Sequence record: NC_070956.1
Length of the DNA: 64,000 nt
Direction: 5' to 3' (one strand)
Part shown: in pieces, positions 1 through 9,827 of the stretch
Layout of the letters: each line of letters starts with the position of its first letter
Numbering within the stretch: the stretch's first letter is position 1
Made by a program: the position numbers and the translations under genes
Notes under the pieces: generated by a model
Seen by the model: only the letters and a program-made list of their open reading frames with translations
Database searches by the model: none
What the model was told of the DNA's origin: nothing

Positions 1-34
1 TAACGAACCAGGTAAGAAAGGAAAACTCTCGACA

Positions 35-553
35 GTGATGCGGTTGTTTAAGAAGTATTCGTCAGAACATGAACTATCGGAAAAGCAGTTTGTCGATTTC
101 ATCGGCGCTACCAGACCAGATAGACGTGAACTGATAAACGACATCATCATGATCGGGCACTCGCTGAGCGATGGTCCTGTTCACCATTCCGGGTTAACGT
201 TTGCGAGTACCGCTGACCACTATCATCTTGCACTGGATAAAGGAGAACACCTCCCTGCATTGATAAACAGTTTCAGCAAAGTAGTCCGGGGTGAAGATGC
301 CGTGGATCACTTCACGGAATACAACGGGGAATATCCCTGGATGTCCCATAGCTTTATGGGTTATTCTGCAAAGAAAGGGATGCCCGCCTGGAGAGACCGA
401 ACTGTCGTTATGGGGTATAACACCTACATGAAGACAGGACGGTTCAGTACTTTGACGAGTGTAGATGTACTTGAGTATATTGTTCAAGTACTTATCGAAA
501 TTGAGGAACGAGTGAAACGACTAGTCGAACTCTATCCTCCTAAGACCAAGTAG
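35..553 (+). CDS. hypothetical protein
   Basis: 172-aa ORF, AAGGA RBS upstream, followed by a terminator hairpin. Confidence 0.75.
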   Translation: MMRLFKKYSSEHELSEKQFVDFIGATRPDRRELINDIIMIGHSLSDGPVHHSGLTFASTADHYHLALDKGEHLPALINSFSKVVRGEDAVDHFTEYNGEYPWMSHSFMGYSAKKGMPAWRDRTVVMGYNTYMKTGRFSTLTSVDVLEYIVQVLIEIEERVKRLVELYPPKTK

Positions 554-559
554 TGTGGC

Positions 560-583
560 AGGGTGGAGACTTCGGTCTCCACC
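560..583 (+). terminator. intrinsic terminator
   Basis: GGGTGGAGAC-TTCG-GTCTCCACCC hairpin followed by a T-rich tract. Confidence 0.8.
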
Positions 584-616
584 CTATAAACCTTTATTAT
601 TTCTTTGCTCTATATC

Positions 617-644
617 TTTTCAAATCGATATTATTAAGGTGTAT
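617..644 (+). promoter_or_regulatory. putative phage early promoter
   Basis: TTTTCAAATCGATATTATTAAGGTGTAT matches the recurring TTTCA..ATATTA-N5-GTG motif; resembles the phiKZ early TATATTAC motif. Confidence 0.6.
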
Positions 645-695
645 GCAAGGCCATATAAATTAACTAATCTTCAACAATGACTAGAGGAAATACCC

Positions 696-1667
696 ATGAA
701 TGATTTCATCGCTGCTCGTTTCGGACATAACGTTTTCATCGGCTTCGATCTGGAGACACCTGATTGCTTGGATGTGATCAGTGCTTCCGGTGAACGCATG
801 GAAGTGCTGGCGATCAGCCATTACCGTCAAGATGCTCGCGGAATGTTCCGTGATCGTCGTTACGCACTGGTCCGTGCTATTGAAGGGATGCTGATCCATC
901 TCTCCGTTCTCCCCAACGAGAAGCACATCAAAGCGTTTGACTTCCTGGAGCTGTCCTACATTCCAGGGGAAGGTTGCATGCTTCGTTACGATCGTCAGCG
1001 TGTATACCTGATGCGTTACCCGCGACACATCAAAGCTCAGGAATTCAATGTCTCTGGCTTGATCGTCGTCCTGACTCGTTTGATGAACTTGATCAAGGCC
1101 AACATCGAGTACTGTGACAATGACCTGAATGAAAAGGAAGCGCGTCTCAAGTACAAAGAGAATGACTACCTGATCAACACCCATCTTTACGAAGTGACCC
1201 GGATGGCAAGTCCTACTGGTAACTTCAATCGCAGTTATCAACGTTACTGGGCTTTGGCAGTTCGGATGTTCCAAGGTACCCAGGGAACTCCTACTGATCC
1301 GGCACAACCGTATGCTTACGCCAAGGTACGGTTCTACAGTCCGCGTGGTTTCATGATCTATCAGACTGGTGCTGGTGTTGGTTGCAAGGAACGAGATGCG
1401 AAACTGTTTGACGCTCTCGATCGTTGCCGCCTGGGCGATCATCTCCAAGTGGTGTACACTACTCAACGTGGTGCGATGACACTTTCAACTACTCCGGATT
1501 GCGAACCGGATGGTTATGGTGAAATCAACATGCACCTGGTCAGTGGTCCTGCCGGTAGTTCGTTAACCATCCCGTATGAAACAGACGCGATCGTGTTCAT
1601 TAAGAACTCCATCGCTGCGGCAAGTCGTGAAGCAACTGAAGCAGTCCGTGCACTGCGTTCGGCATAA
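696..1667 (+). CDS. hypothetical protein (323 aa)
   Basis: long ORF, GAGGA RBS, downstream of the promoter motif. Confidence 0.8.
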   Translation: MNDFIAARFGHNVFIGFDLETPDCLDVISASGERMEVLAISHYRQDARGMFRDRRYALVRAIEGMLIHLSVLPNEKHIKAFDFLELSYIPGEGCMLRYDRQRVYLMRYPRHIKAQEFNVSGLIVVLTRLMNLIKANIEYCDNDLNEKEARLKYKENDYLINTHLYEVTRMASPTGNFNRSYQRYWALAVRMFQGTQGTPTDPAQPYAYAKVRFYSPRGFMIYQTGAGVGCKERDAKLFDALDRCRLGDHLQVVYTTQRGAMTLSTTPDCEPDGYGEINMHLVSGPAGSSLTIPYETDAIVFIKNSIAAASREATEAVRALRSA

Positions 1668-1684
1668 TCTAAGAGGAAGCTAAC

Positions 1685-2023
1685 ATGTCAGTAGAAAGCA
1701 TTAAGGAACGTGTTAAGAATTTCGTTAACATGTCCGGTATCGATGTGAACTTCAATGGTCGCATCATTACACCCAAGGCCAGGTTCCGTAAAGACCGGAT
1801 GAAGTCCACCCAGGAAGCCACTCGTCACTATCGCGAGATCAGGATTTCTGATGACGTACTGGACAACCTCGGAATCGAGAAAACGGATGGCAAGAACATC
1901 CCGACCATCGCCGAGTGTTTTGAAATGCTTCCTCCTCACTTCAAGCGGAAGGACAGCATCGTCAAGTACATGGAATCCCGCCGCACCGAATTTGACAACC
2001 GACTGAAGGAGTTCTTGCAATGA
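1685..2023 (+). CDS. hypothetical protein
   Basis: 112-aa ORF with GAGGA RBS. Confidence 0.75.
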   Translation: MSVESIKERVKNFVNMSGIDVNFNGRIITPKARFRKDRMKSTQEATRHYREIRISDDVLDNLGIEKTDGKNIPTIAECFEMLPPHFKRKDSIVKYMESRRTEFDNRLKEFLQ

Positions 2024-2166
2024 CTGTTGAGAATCTTCCCCGGTATATCCCTTTAGACTATATAGGGAAAATCAGGAGTCGGGTCAGAAAGCACGACGCG
2101 GCAAGGCTCAAAGCGATGTACGAGCGTGCACGTAATGTCGCCAAGAACAACACCCAGTCTAAATGA
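2020..2166 (+). CDS. small basic hypothetical protein (48 aa; not in ORF track)
   Basis: ATGA overlap with the upstream stop, AAGGAG RBS; MTVENLPRYIPLDYIGKIRSRVRKH... Confidence 0.55.
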   Translation: MTVENLPRYIPLDYIGKIRSRVRKHDAARLKAMYERARNVAKNNTQSK

Positions 2167-2261
2167 CTGGGTTATCGAGTTGTGAGTATTCAGGTGGTAT
2201 TATCCTGAGCTCGCAATCATGATGCGCAATTCCGTTCATCATAATCAAAGAGGAAAGTAAG

Positions 2262-3176
2262 ATGTCCTGTAAACTGCTGAGTATCAATGTTCACCCGACC
2301 CTGTCCATGGTTATCACTGAGGACAAAAGTTCTCATTTGCGTTTCCTTGGACACACCAGTGAAAAGATGGCACTGACAACCACACCCATCAAGTTGGCGT
2401 CGGAGTTAATCGAGATCACTGATTTGTGGCGGGTGAGTGAATCAACATCCGGGATCACGACCACCCGCTTTAAGGTGATCAAGTCTTGCCTGGTCTATTA
2501 CCCGTTTGGTGGTAACGCGATAACCCTGATGAAAGCCGAGAACCGTGAACAAGGTATTCGGAAATTGGAGCGACTCATCCAAATATTCAAGCAATTCACC
2601 GACTACATTGCTGACGTTATTGACTTCGAAACAGCAACGAAACGGTTGCGTGAATTAGAAGATAAAACGATGGATGGGTTGGTCTTCATCTACGGCGGTA
2701 AAACGTCGCAAGGTGGTAAACGCTTCTTCGAGAAGACTGAGTTCTTGGTCGGACGGTTGGTTGTAAGAACCACTTCTTTGGTTACTACCGATTTGGGTGA
2801 ACGCAAAGAAGTTCCCGTTGGACTCCAACTGGTTTTCACTGGGACAACAGGTAGTGCTATATTTGCCGTCCTGGACACCCCTATCAACAATGACAAGTAC
2901 GAAGCGATCATGAGAATGACTAAACCTCATCCTGATTGTGTTCCTCGTATTTTTCATACCGCCGGATCCACTGCGCATATGAGCAGTGGTCACGGTCAAG
3001 ATTTACCTGACGGATTCCCCGTCGGGATTACGTTCACCTATGTATCACCGGTGACCGCTAGACAACTCACTCTCTATCGGGATGCCGATGGAATGGTCGA
3101 GTTCTTCGAGAAGACCTATCATGATGCAATGCTTCACGGTCATCTCAACCCTATCAACAACGAAAGTAAGGAGTAA
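2262..3176 (+). CDS. hypothetical protein (304 aa)
   Basis: long ORF, GAGGA RBS. Confidence 0.8.
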   Translation: MSCKLLSINVHPTLSMVITEDKSSHLRFLGHTSEKMALTTTPIKLASELIEITDLWRVSESTSGITTTRFKVIKSCLVYYPFGGNAITLMKAENREQGIRKLERLIQIFKQFTDYIADVIDFETATKRLRELEDKTMDGLVFIYGGKTSQGGKRFFEKTEFLVGRLVVRTTSLVTTDLGERKEVPVGLQLVFTGTTGSAIFAVLDTPINNDKYEAIMRMTKPHPDCVPRIFHTAGSTAHMSSGHGQDLPDGFPVGITFTYVSPVTARQLTLYRDADGMVEFFEKTYHDAMLHGHLNPINNESKE

Positions 3177-3179
3177 ATA

Positions 3180-3545
3180 ATGGGCGGTGTAAACCCTCTG
3201 TTCGCAGCACTGTTGGAACTGATCGGCATCGATGTCTATGATACCGACAACTATCAAATCGGTCGCACCCGTTCCGGTAACTTCACCGACAACGGTAACA
3301 AGATCGAGTACGCAATCCGGACCATCCGTCTGGGTGGGTCACTCTGGGTCACCGGTACCCTGGGTAGCGACGTAGTTGAACTGCGTGTCGTAGAACCTGG
3401 CGTGGCCGCGTTCAGTATTGGTCTTCCCAACAAGAACGATGCCGAGACTACCAGCAAGATCGAGTTCAACATCTCCTTCACCTGCGAAGAAGATCTCCGT
3501 ACTGCCTGGCGTCGTGTTGAAGGTCTCTTCAGTTACGCCGGTTAA
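3180..3545 (+). CDS. hypothetical protein
   Basis: 121-aa ORF, AAGGAG RBS, hairpin at 3551-3575. Confidence 0.75.
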   Translation: MGGVNPLFAALLELIGIDVYDTDNYQIGRTRSGNFTDNGNKIEYAIRTIRLGGSLWVTGTLGSDVVELRVVEPGVAAFSIGLPNKNDAETTSKIEFNISFTCEEDLRTAWRRVEGLFSYAG

Positions 3546-3580
3546 ATCGAAAGGAGGGAAATAATTTCCCTCCTATAATC

Positions 3581-3604
3581 TTTCACACCTATATTACTTA
3601 GGTG
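3581..3604 (+). promoter_or_regulatory. putative phage early promoter
   Basis: TTTCACACCTATATTACTTAGGTG. Confidence 0.6.
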
Positions 3605-3687
3605 CTGGTACGAATAGTAAAGCTTTACTCTTCGTGCTATAACTTGTTAACCAATTGTTTCTTTCCATAACTAAGGGAAATCTGAAA

Positions 3688-4134
3688 ATGTCCAAGAAAA
3701 CTGAACTGACCTTTGCTGAAACCATGTCTGCCGGTAAAGACTCCCTGGTGAAGGGTGCTGACATCCACAACGCGACCCACACCATCAAGTTCAAGGCCGA
3801 AGATCTGACCATGCCCAAGGGTGTGACCGCTGAGTCTCTGGATCTCCACATGAACTTCATCAACCAGTCTTCCGAGCAAGTCAGTGCCGCTGTCATGGAC
3901 ATCGCCCAGGACCGCTACGAAGACACCAAGCACCTGGCTTGGGATGGTGTTCTGGAAGTGACTCCCGGTCTGACCCTGACCGGCTTCGCCAACCTCCGTG
4001 AAGAAGTTGACGGCGAGGCTGTCTTCGGTTCCATGTCCAGCCTGGTCGACTACAACTACGGTACCGAGCTGACCGACTGGATCACCAGCAACCAAGAGCT
4101 GATGGCCGAGAAAGCCAAGAAGCTCTTCGAGTAA
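3688..4134 (+). CDS. hypothetical protein, probably abundant
   Basis: strong C-ending codon bias, own promoter motif, AAGGGA RBS before ATG 3688. Confidence 0.8.
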   Translation: MSKKTELTFAETMSAGKDSLVKGADIHNATHTIKFKAEDLTMPKGVTAESLDLHMNFINQSSEQVSAAVMDIAQDRYEDTKHLAWDGVLEVTPGLTLTGFANLREEVDGEAVFGSMSSLVDYNYGTELTDWITSNQELMAEKAKKLFE

Positions 4135-4203
4135 ATGTTCGATCGCCCGTTCCTGGAAACAGGAACGGGTTACTTCATCTCTTTTTATTTTTTGGGTTTT
4201 TGT

Positions 4204-4785
4204 ATGAACGATCGTCCCAATGCTAAACAAGTTCTTGCGAGGCACACATCTAGAACGTTCCTTTGTGATGGTGATCGTTTAAGTTGTGTGTCCTTTATTC
4301 ATCACGTAACCAAACACGTCTGGATAAAGGGTGGTGATAGTTCGACTTATTTCCATGACGCCACCAACTTGAAACTTTTCCTGGGTGGAAAGATCATCAA
4401 GCTTCATAGCTGTGATCTGGGTAGTGTTCACTACGGCCTGGTTGATTTCGTTCGTAAACTGGACGTGATTATAAAAGCTGTCAGTAACACACTCGACTTC
4501 CTTGGTAAGAATCCCAAATACGGTGACCGTTTCGTAGTGAAGGAGTTCCTTAACCCGGTGGATGGTAACTTGGTGGACATCTATACCAGTTCCATAGCTA
4601 TTACATTTAGCTCCACTCACGGGTTGACGTTTGAACTCGCGTCATGTGACTTTAAGAGCCGTATCACCCTACAACGCAAATCCGGTCCCAAGTTCCTGAG
4701 GAAGTTTCTTGATTTCGTCACCAAATGTCGAAATGAAGTTCAGAGTACTCTGGACAAGCACACTGGTACATTACAGGAGAGTTAA
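4204..4785 (+). CDS. hypothetical protein
   Basis: ORF in an operon-like array; start uncertain (4135 or 4204). Confidence 0.7.
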   Translation: MNDRPNAKQVLARHTSRTFLCDGDRLSCVSFIHHVTKHVWIKGGDSSTYFHDATNLKLFLGGKIIKLHSCDLGSVHYGLVDFVRKLDVIIKAVSNTLDFLGKNPKYGDRFVVKEFLNPVDGNLVDIYTSSIAITFSSTHGLTFELASCDFKSRITLQRKSGPKFLRKFLDFVTKCRNEVQSTLDKHTGTLQES

Positions 4786-4788
4786 AAA

Positions 4789-5325
4789 ATGCATCCTAAT
4801 GCAGAACGTGTCATGAACGGGGTTTTTGATGAAATCATTTTCTATGATAAGATCGAAGGTCCGCGAATTTACATGGATTGGGATTTCGGCCAGAATCCCA
4901 TCGCTGTAGGCGGAAAAGAAAGTGACATGAAGGTCCCTAGGCTTGAGCGGCTGGCAAAGATTCTGGAGTGGGAGGATAAAACCTCTTGGGTCCTGACATT
5001 TACCAATGGTGAATGGCCGAGCTGTTCCATCGAGTCTGTTGACCGTCGTGTCACCAAAGATCCTGACTGGGAGCTTCCCTTTGACACTGTGGAAGAATGT
5101 CTTCTGCACATCCACGATCACATGGGTGAGAAAGGACTGGTCTATCGTTCCAAACAAGAAATGCCGCTCGATTTGACCAGTGTTGTCAAGCCGTGGGATC
5201 TCAGTAAGGAAACCTACACCAACGAGGAAGTTCGCATTCTCATGGAAATGATGAAGGCGGAATTCGTTGAGACAACCAACCAACTTTTCGATCGTATGCT
5301 GGGTCGTCTGGCAATTAAGGAATAA
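4789..5325 (+). CDS. hypothetical protein
   Basis: 178-aa ORF, AGGAG RBS. Confidence 0.75.
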   Translation: MHPNAERVMNGVFDEIIFYDKIEGPRIYMDWDFGQNPIAVGGKESDMKVPRLERLAKILEWEDKTSWVLTFTNGEWPSCSIESVDRRVTKDPDWELPFDTVEECLLHIHDHMGEKGLVYRSKQEMPLDLTSVVKPWDLSKETYTNEEVRILMEMMKAEFVETTNQLFDRMLGRLAIKE

Positions 5326-5336
5326 GGAGTATAAAA

Positions 5337-5885
5337 ATGAAAAGGCTGGGTGTGTTTATTGTACTACTCTTTGCATCGATGTTTGCCATGGCCGGTGGTA
5401 CTACGAAGGCCAATCTGGACCTCGGTAGCATGGGCTGGGTAGTCGACAAACGTACCGAAGACGGCAAAGCGTACATGATCCGTAATAAAGGGAACAACGG
5501 TGGAGTTATCCGACTCGGCTGTAATGTTCCTGGTGGGGATGTTTCTGTCAAGTACATTTATCGGGGACTCAATAAAGACTTCTTCATTATTGAGCTCCTC
5601 ACTGATGCCAGACTGGATTCCTATCCCTATACGGCCATGTATGGAGTTAAGTCATTGAACCAAGCAGCGATGTACAAGCAGTTCGCTATGACCGATGCTG
5701 GTTTCATGATGACTCGTTTTGCCGAAGGTGCGGCTGAGCGATTCTTTAAGAGTCGCAAAGATCGTGAAGTTTACGGACTCCCCCGTCCCATTGGTACGGA
5801 GCTGTTCGTTGGCCACGAGCAGGTAGCTGATTACATCAATGATGTTAAAGCCACTTGCGGTTTCACTGAGGAGCCTCTTCACTGA
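5337..5885 (+). CDS. putative exported protein
   Basis: Sec-type signal peptide MKRLGVFIVLLFASMFAMA; AAGGAG RBS. Confidence 0.75.
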   Translation: MKRLGVFIVLLFASMFAMAGGTTKANLDLGSMGWVVDKRTEDGKAYMIRNKGNNGGVIRLGCNVPGGDVSVKYIYRGLNKDFFIIELLTDARLDSYPYTAMYGVKSLNQAAMYKQFAMTDAGFMMTRFAEGAAERFFKSRKDREVYGLPRPIGTELFVGHEQVADYINDVKATCGFTEEPLH

Positions 5886-5918
5886 GGAACCTTTTCTATT
5901 AACTTAGGAAACCGGTAA

Positions 5919-6413
5919 ATGTCCTGTGTAAATATTGAAAGACTTGAAGAGGTCGGATACGTCATAGAACGTAGGTCGGATAGACTGGACCAATTCATTT
6001 TAAGATCAAGGGAGCCGGGTGATCGCCCTGGGGTATTTGCGAGTGATGGTATCGAAGACAATCCTCGCTGGACTTCTGGTGACCGCATGACATTCACAGT
6101 GGCATGTGACGTCAATGCCAGAAAGTACATCATCTCACTGTTCATATTCGGACGGTCTGATGAACTACCTCCTACGTATTTCCTGTTGGACGTTGAACCC
6201 ACGTCCCTTTGGCTGGCTGTTGAAACAGTCTTAGGGACTCAACCTCTGACTCCGGTTGACGAAATGATTGAAGCTCGAGATGACATCATTTCTGACGGAA
6301 GGGTCTATACGACCGAGCAGGTGGTCACCCTGATAAAGTTAGTCCGCGGAGATCTCAACTCTCCTGAGGGTGATAAGCACATCGCGATGCTGCTCAAGAG
6401 TGTGCAGCCATAA
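5919..6413 (+). CDS. hypothetical protein
   Basis: 164-aa ORF followed by a terminator. Confidence 0.75.
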   Translation: MSCVNIERLEEVGYVIERRSDRLDQFILRSREPGDRPGVFASDGIEDNPRWTSGDRMTFTVACDVNARKYIISLFIFGRSDELPPTYFLLDVEPTSLWLAVETVLGTQPLTPVDEMIEARDDIISDGRVYTTEQVVTLIKLVRGDLNSPEGDKHIAMLLKSVQP

Positions 6414-6421
6414 TAAATAAG

Positions 6422-6453
6422 CTCCTAGGAACGCTTGTGGGCGTTCCTAGGAG
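6422..6453 (+). terminator. hairpin terminator
   Basis: CTCCTAGGAACGC-TTGTGG-GCGTTCCTAGGAG inverted repeat. Confidence 0.75.
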
Positions 6454-6525
6454 TATATGTGTGTCATTTAATACAGAGGTCGTAACTATTCGTTATAGAG
6501 CGTTACAGAGCTCTAGATGCATAAT

Positions 6526-6553
6526 TTTTCAGCTATACATTATTATAGTGTAA
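6526..6553 (+). promoter_or_regulatory. putative phage early promoter
   Basis: TTTTCAGCTATACATTATTATAGTGTAA. Confidence 0.55.
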
Positions 6554-6584
6554 TGACAATCATTATTCTACTAAGGAGCACGAC

Positions 6585-7190
6585 ATGAAAACCATTATTG
6601 CTTTTGTATTGTTTATGTTCGCTGTCGGTGTAGAAGCCGCCAGCTACGATATCAAAGAGGACCCGGTCTTCAATCTGGAAACTGCGGTCAACAATGATGT
6701 CAGTGTTAAAAAGATCTCTGGTAAAACTCACATCAAGATCCAGGGTGTGAGTGCCGAGGGTAAACACAATCAGTGGGAGTTCATCTGCACTCCCTTCAAA
6801 CCTGAACTTGTCATCAAGAACAACTCGGTTAACGAGGATGGTCAGATGACGAAGGAGGGAACTGGTTTCGCCATTCAGTTCTATATGGATGAGGAAGAAG
6901 TGGGACGTCCAATTGGCGAATGGGACAACGCGGACATTTATGTTTGGGATGATGGTCGTCAAGCTCTCGACCTCGCTCTTAACCGTTTACTTCCTATCGG
7001 CCAAGGCTGGATCGTATTTACAGTGTACGACATCGGGATGGGTAATGACAGGATTCCGGTTTCTTACAGTCACAAGTACCCGGTCGGTGTTGCACAAGAC
7101 ATCGTGCGGAAACTGGTTAAAGCGGACGCTCTGGTTGATTGCAACTCTGCATTGATTCAGACTGGCGCTACCATCAAGTTCACTAACTAA
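6585..7190 (+). CDS. putative exported protein
   Basis: signal peptide MKTIIAFVLFMFAVGVEA (A-x-A-like cleavage site); AAGGAG RBS. Confidence 0.78.
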   Translation: MKTIIAFVLFMFAVGVEAASYDIKEDPVFNLETAVNNDVSVKKISGKTHIKIQGVSAEGKHNQWEFICTPFKPELVIKNNSVNEDGQMTKEGTGFAIQFYMDEEEVGRPIGEWDNADIYVWDDGRQALDLALNRLLPIGQGWIVFTVYDIGMGNDRIPVSYSHKYPVGVAQDIVRKLVKADALVDCNSALIQTGATIKFTN

Positions 7191-7200
7191 GGAAAATACC

Positions 7201-7821
7201 ATGCGTTTTATTATTGCTTTTCTTACACTGGTTCTCTCCACTGGCTCCTATGCTTTCAGCTTCGGTAAGAAGGCCGTTCCGGTAGAAGAGAACAGCTTCG
7301 AAACATCTTGGGCTCGTATCCTCACTCTCAAAGATCAAATCTCTATGGGATGGACTGCTCGGGACATGAGTGACCGGGAATTCGGTATTACCATGACGTG
7401 CGACAGTATCCGCTCGACCATCTGGAATTACAAGTTCCCGGGTCAACCTGGTGTGAAGGTAGACGGTCTTGCCATGGTAATGGTTCGTGACGTCGGAAAC
7501 GATTTGTCGAAGATCGACCTGGAGACCGAAAGCCGGAACTACATGGTGATCTTTGATAGTAACTATGCAATCGACGGTTCTGCGAATCTGGAAGTGCTGG
7601 TGAAAGACTCCAAGCGCATCGATGTGATTCCTGAACACATCAAGTTCCTGTGGGTTGGTTATAAAGCTAACCATACTGGTACCTGGATTGTTGCATCTGG
7701 ACCCAAGATGACCGCTGAAGGTATGTTCGGTCGTATGCAGTCTTACGCTGACTTCCCTCGTACCCAATTGGACACTTGCAGTCGTTCCATGGAGGAGCCT
7801 TCTTATAAGGTAGCCAACTAA
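7201..7821 (+). CDS. putative exported protein
   Basis: signal peptide MRFIIAFLTLVLSTGSYA; AAGGA RBS. Confidence 0.78.
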   Translation: MRFIIAFLTLVLSTGSYAFSFGKKAVPVEENSFETSWARILTLKDQISMGWTARDMSDREFGITMTCDSIRSTIWNYKFPGQPGVKVDGLAMVMVRDVGNDLSKIDLETESRNYMVIFDSNYAIDGSANLEVLVKDSKRIDVIPEHIKFLWVGYKANHTGTWIVASGPKMTAEGMFGRMQSYADFPRTQLDTCSRSMEEPSYKVAN

Positions 7822-7866
7822 GAAAAGCCCCGTGTTCACGGACACGGGGTCTTTAAGGAGTTATCC

Positions 7867-8001
7867 ATGAATAACAAAACTGTTGTATTTCTTTTAATAA
7901 TAGGACTGGCCATAATCTGGTTAGGTAGTGAACACGTTGAACTGGAAGAAGCTGTCGATAACCTCACAGAAGTTATCGGTCAGTGTGTCAATCAAGAGTA
8001 A
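7867..8001 (+). CDS. small single-pass membrane protein (44 aa; not in ORF track)
   Basis: AAGGAG RBS; MNNKTVVFLLIIGLAIIWLGSEHVELEE... Confidence 0.6.
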   Translation: MNNKTVVFLLIIGLAIIWLGSEHVELEEAVDNLTEVIGQCVNQE

Positions 8002-8031
8002 TCTCTCGTCTTTCTTAATGGAGTTCTGTAA

Positions 8032-8730
8032 ATGTTTAAGTCACTTGCTCGTCAAACTGCTGTTATCGCTTTATTTGTTGGTGTTCTATTTGGCGGCATT
8101 GGTTACAAGTTAGCCGACTACCGTGCTCACGAAGTTAAGAGTGATGCCATTGTCACTCATGAAGTAATGCCTGAGTGGAAACTTTTACAGCTCCGGGAGA
8201 TTTCTAAAGAAAGCAGGGGCGATGCTATCGCTCCCGTCGACCAGCAAGAACTCATTATGAACTATGCTGAAGTCCAAGACCATGCTGCGTTCTACGAGTT
8301 CATCGCTAAGGGTTCCGATGACCGAGTGGTTCTTTACTGCGACGCTCATACCAACTCTGTCAACATCGGTTACCAGTTTGGTTTGGTAGATGAGGAACTG
8401 TCCGAACGGCTTGATGGATTCTCTATCAAGGTTCTCCGTCCAGGGAGTACTGGTTATTTTATCTTTGATGAAATGCGCCCTGCGCTCTATGACACTCATC
8501 AAGAAAGCACCTATCTCAATGCAGGAATGAAAGCGTTGGCTGATGAAGATCCCGAAGCACTGGTGGTCTTTACTCTTCGTTATAGCGGTACGGAAGAGGA
8601 GTCTCTGGTAGCAGGTGTATCGCCAGCCTTTAAGGTTCGGGATGTACTTGCAGCCTGGAATGCAGTTCCTACATCAGCGTGTGAGTTCGTCAACCTCACT
8701 GATTACCCTTCTTCGTTTGAACAGGAATAA
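8032..8730 (+). CDS. membrane-anchored hypothetical protein
   Basis: N-terminal hydrophobic helix (TAVIALFVGVLFGGIGY); GGAG RBS; terminator at 8739-8760. Confidence 0.75.
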   Translation: MFKSLARQTAVIALFVGVLFGGIGYKLADYRAHEVKSDAIVTHEVMPEWKLLQLREISKESRGDAIAPVDQQELIMNYAEVQDHAAFYEFIAKGSDDRVVLYCDAHTNSVNIGYQFGLVDEELSERLDGFSIKVLRPGSTGYFIFDEMRPALYDTHQESTYLNAGMKALADEDPEALVVFTLRYSGTEEESLVAGVSPAFKVRDVLAAWNAVPTSACEFVNLTDYPSSFEQE

Positions 8731-8797
8731 AAATAACTCTCTAGCCTTAACGGGCTAGAGAGTTCTTCATTCTAATTTGTTTTTGACATACATTCCA

Positions 8798-8824
8798 TCT
8801 CAGATAGATATTACCTAAGTGATA
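8798..8824 (+). promoter_or_regulatory. putative phage early promoter
   Basis: TCTCAGATAGATATTACCTAAGTGATA; ATATTACCTAAGTGATA is shared exactly with 58207-58223. Confidence 0.6.
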
Positions 8825-8857
8825 GATAACCAATATCTTTATTCACACTTAGGAGAG

Positions 8858-9046
8858 ATGACGATGTTCGCTATCAAAAACATTACCGTTCTGTTCACCG
8901 TTGTTATCTCCCTGGTGGGGATTAACCATTTGACAGTTAACAACCACATGAAACTCCATGATGGTGTCCGACCTGTTGTTCAGTACGATCACGCAAATCG
9001 TATACTGGATGTTAGCAATCTTGAAGTAAAACCAAATACCTTTTAA
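8858..9046 (+). CDS. small membrane/exported protein
   Basis: AGGAG RBS, hydrophobic N-terminus. Confidence 0.6.
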   Translation: MTMFAIKNITVLFTVVISLVGINHLTVNNHMKLHDGVRPVVQYDHANRILDVSNLEVKPNTF

Positions 9047-9056
9047 GGAGAAATAA

Positions 9057-9779
9057 ATGAAAAACCAACCTAATGGCGAACTCAGCGTTCAGGTAGATTA
9101 CATCCGTAAATTCATGTTTCTGTTTCAGGAACATGACGTACCCATGAGTTTGATCCGTGCTTGTGTTAAGTCCATTGCACAGAACGATCTGGCTCACAAC
9201 CTTGGACATGTTCATGGTGTTTGTGAACTGGCTAGTCAGATGGCCGAGTGCCGTGTCAATAAGGATGACCAACTGAAGGTTATGCTGGCCGCACTGTTCC
9301 ACGATCTGGGTTGTCGTTATAACCGGGATGATCATCATCTCATCAGTTACGGCCTCACCTATCAGTATCTGGCTGAGTATTGGCCTGAGCGTTTCACTCC
9401 TGATGAAATCAAGGAGATCGCTGTGGCCGTGTTGGAACACCGTAGTTCCAGTAAGGGTAAACCGACCAGTCTGATTTCTGAGATCGTTTCGGTAGCGGAC
9501 AGTGGCAAACCCAACATCGAGATCTATATCAAACGGGCGTTGCAATTCCGCATCTCTCGTGGCGATCTCGAAAACAAGGGTAAGGATGTACTGTTCGATG
9601 AAGTATATCATCACCTCCTGGAGAAGTTCGAGAGCAATACCGGGTACCACTGGAACAGCTATCCTGATATAGGACTCATGCACTTCAAAGAAGAATGGGA
9701 TGAATTCCAGGTTCTTCTTCACCCGACTCTTGTAAGTCACGCTATGAGAACCATAAGCGTGACTTACAACAAACTGTAA
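9057..9779 (+). CDS. HD-domain metal-dependent phosphohydrolase
   Basis: H...HD...H...D pattern: AHNLGHV, AALFHDLG, VLEHRSS, VSVADSG. Confidence 0.85.
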   Translation: MKNQPNGELSVQVDYIRKFMFLFQEHDVPMSLIRACVKSIAQNDLAHNLGHVHGVCELASQMAECRVNKDDQLKVMLAALFHDLGCRYNRDDHHLISYGLTYQYLAEYWPERFTPDEIKEIAVAVLEHRSSSKGKPTSLISEIVSVADSGKPNIEIYIKRALQFRISRGDLENKGKDVLFDEVYHHLLEKFESNTGYHWNSYPDIGLMHFKEEWDEFQVLLHPTLVSHAMRTISVTYNKL

Positions 9780-9827
9780 CAGATGGAGGGAGAATAGACT
9801 CCCTCCCCATTTAAAGGAAACAAGCGA

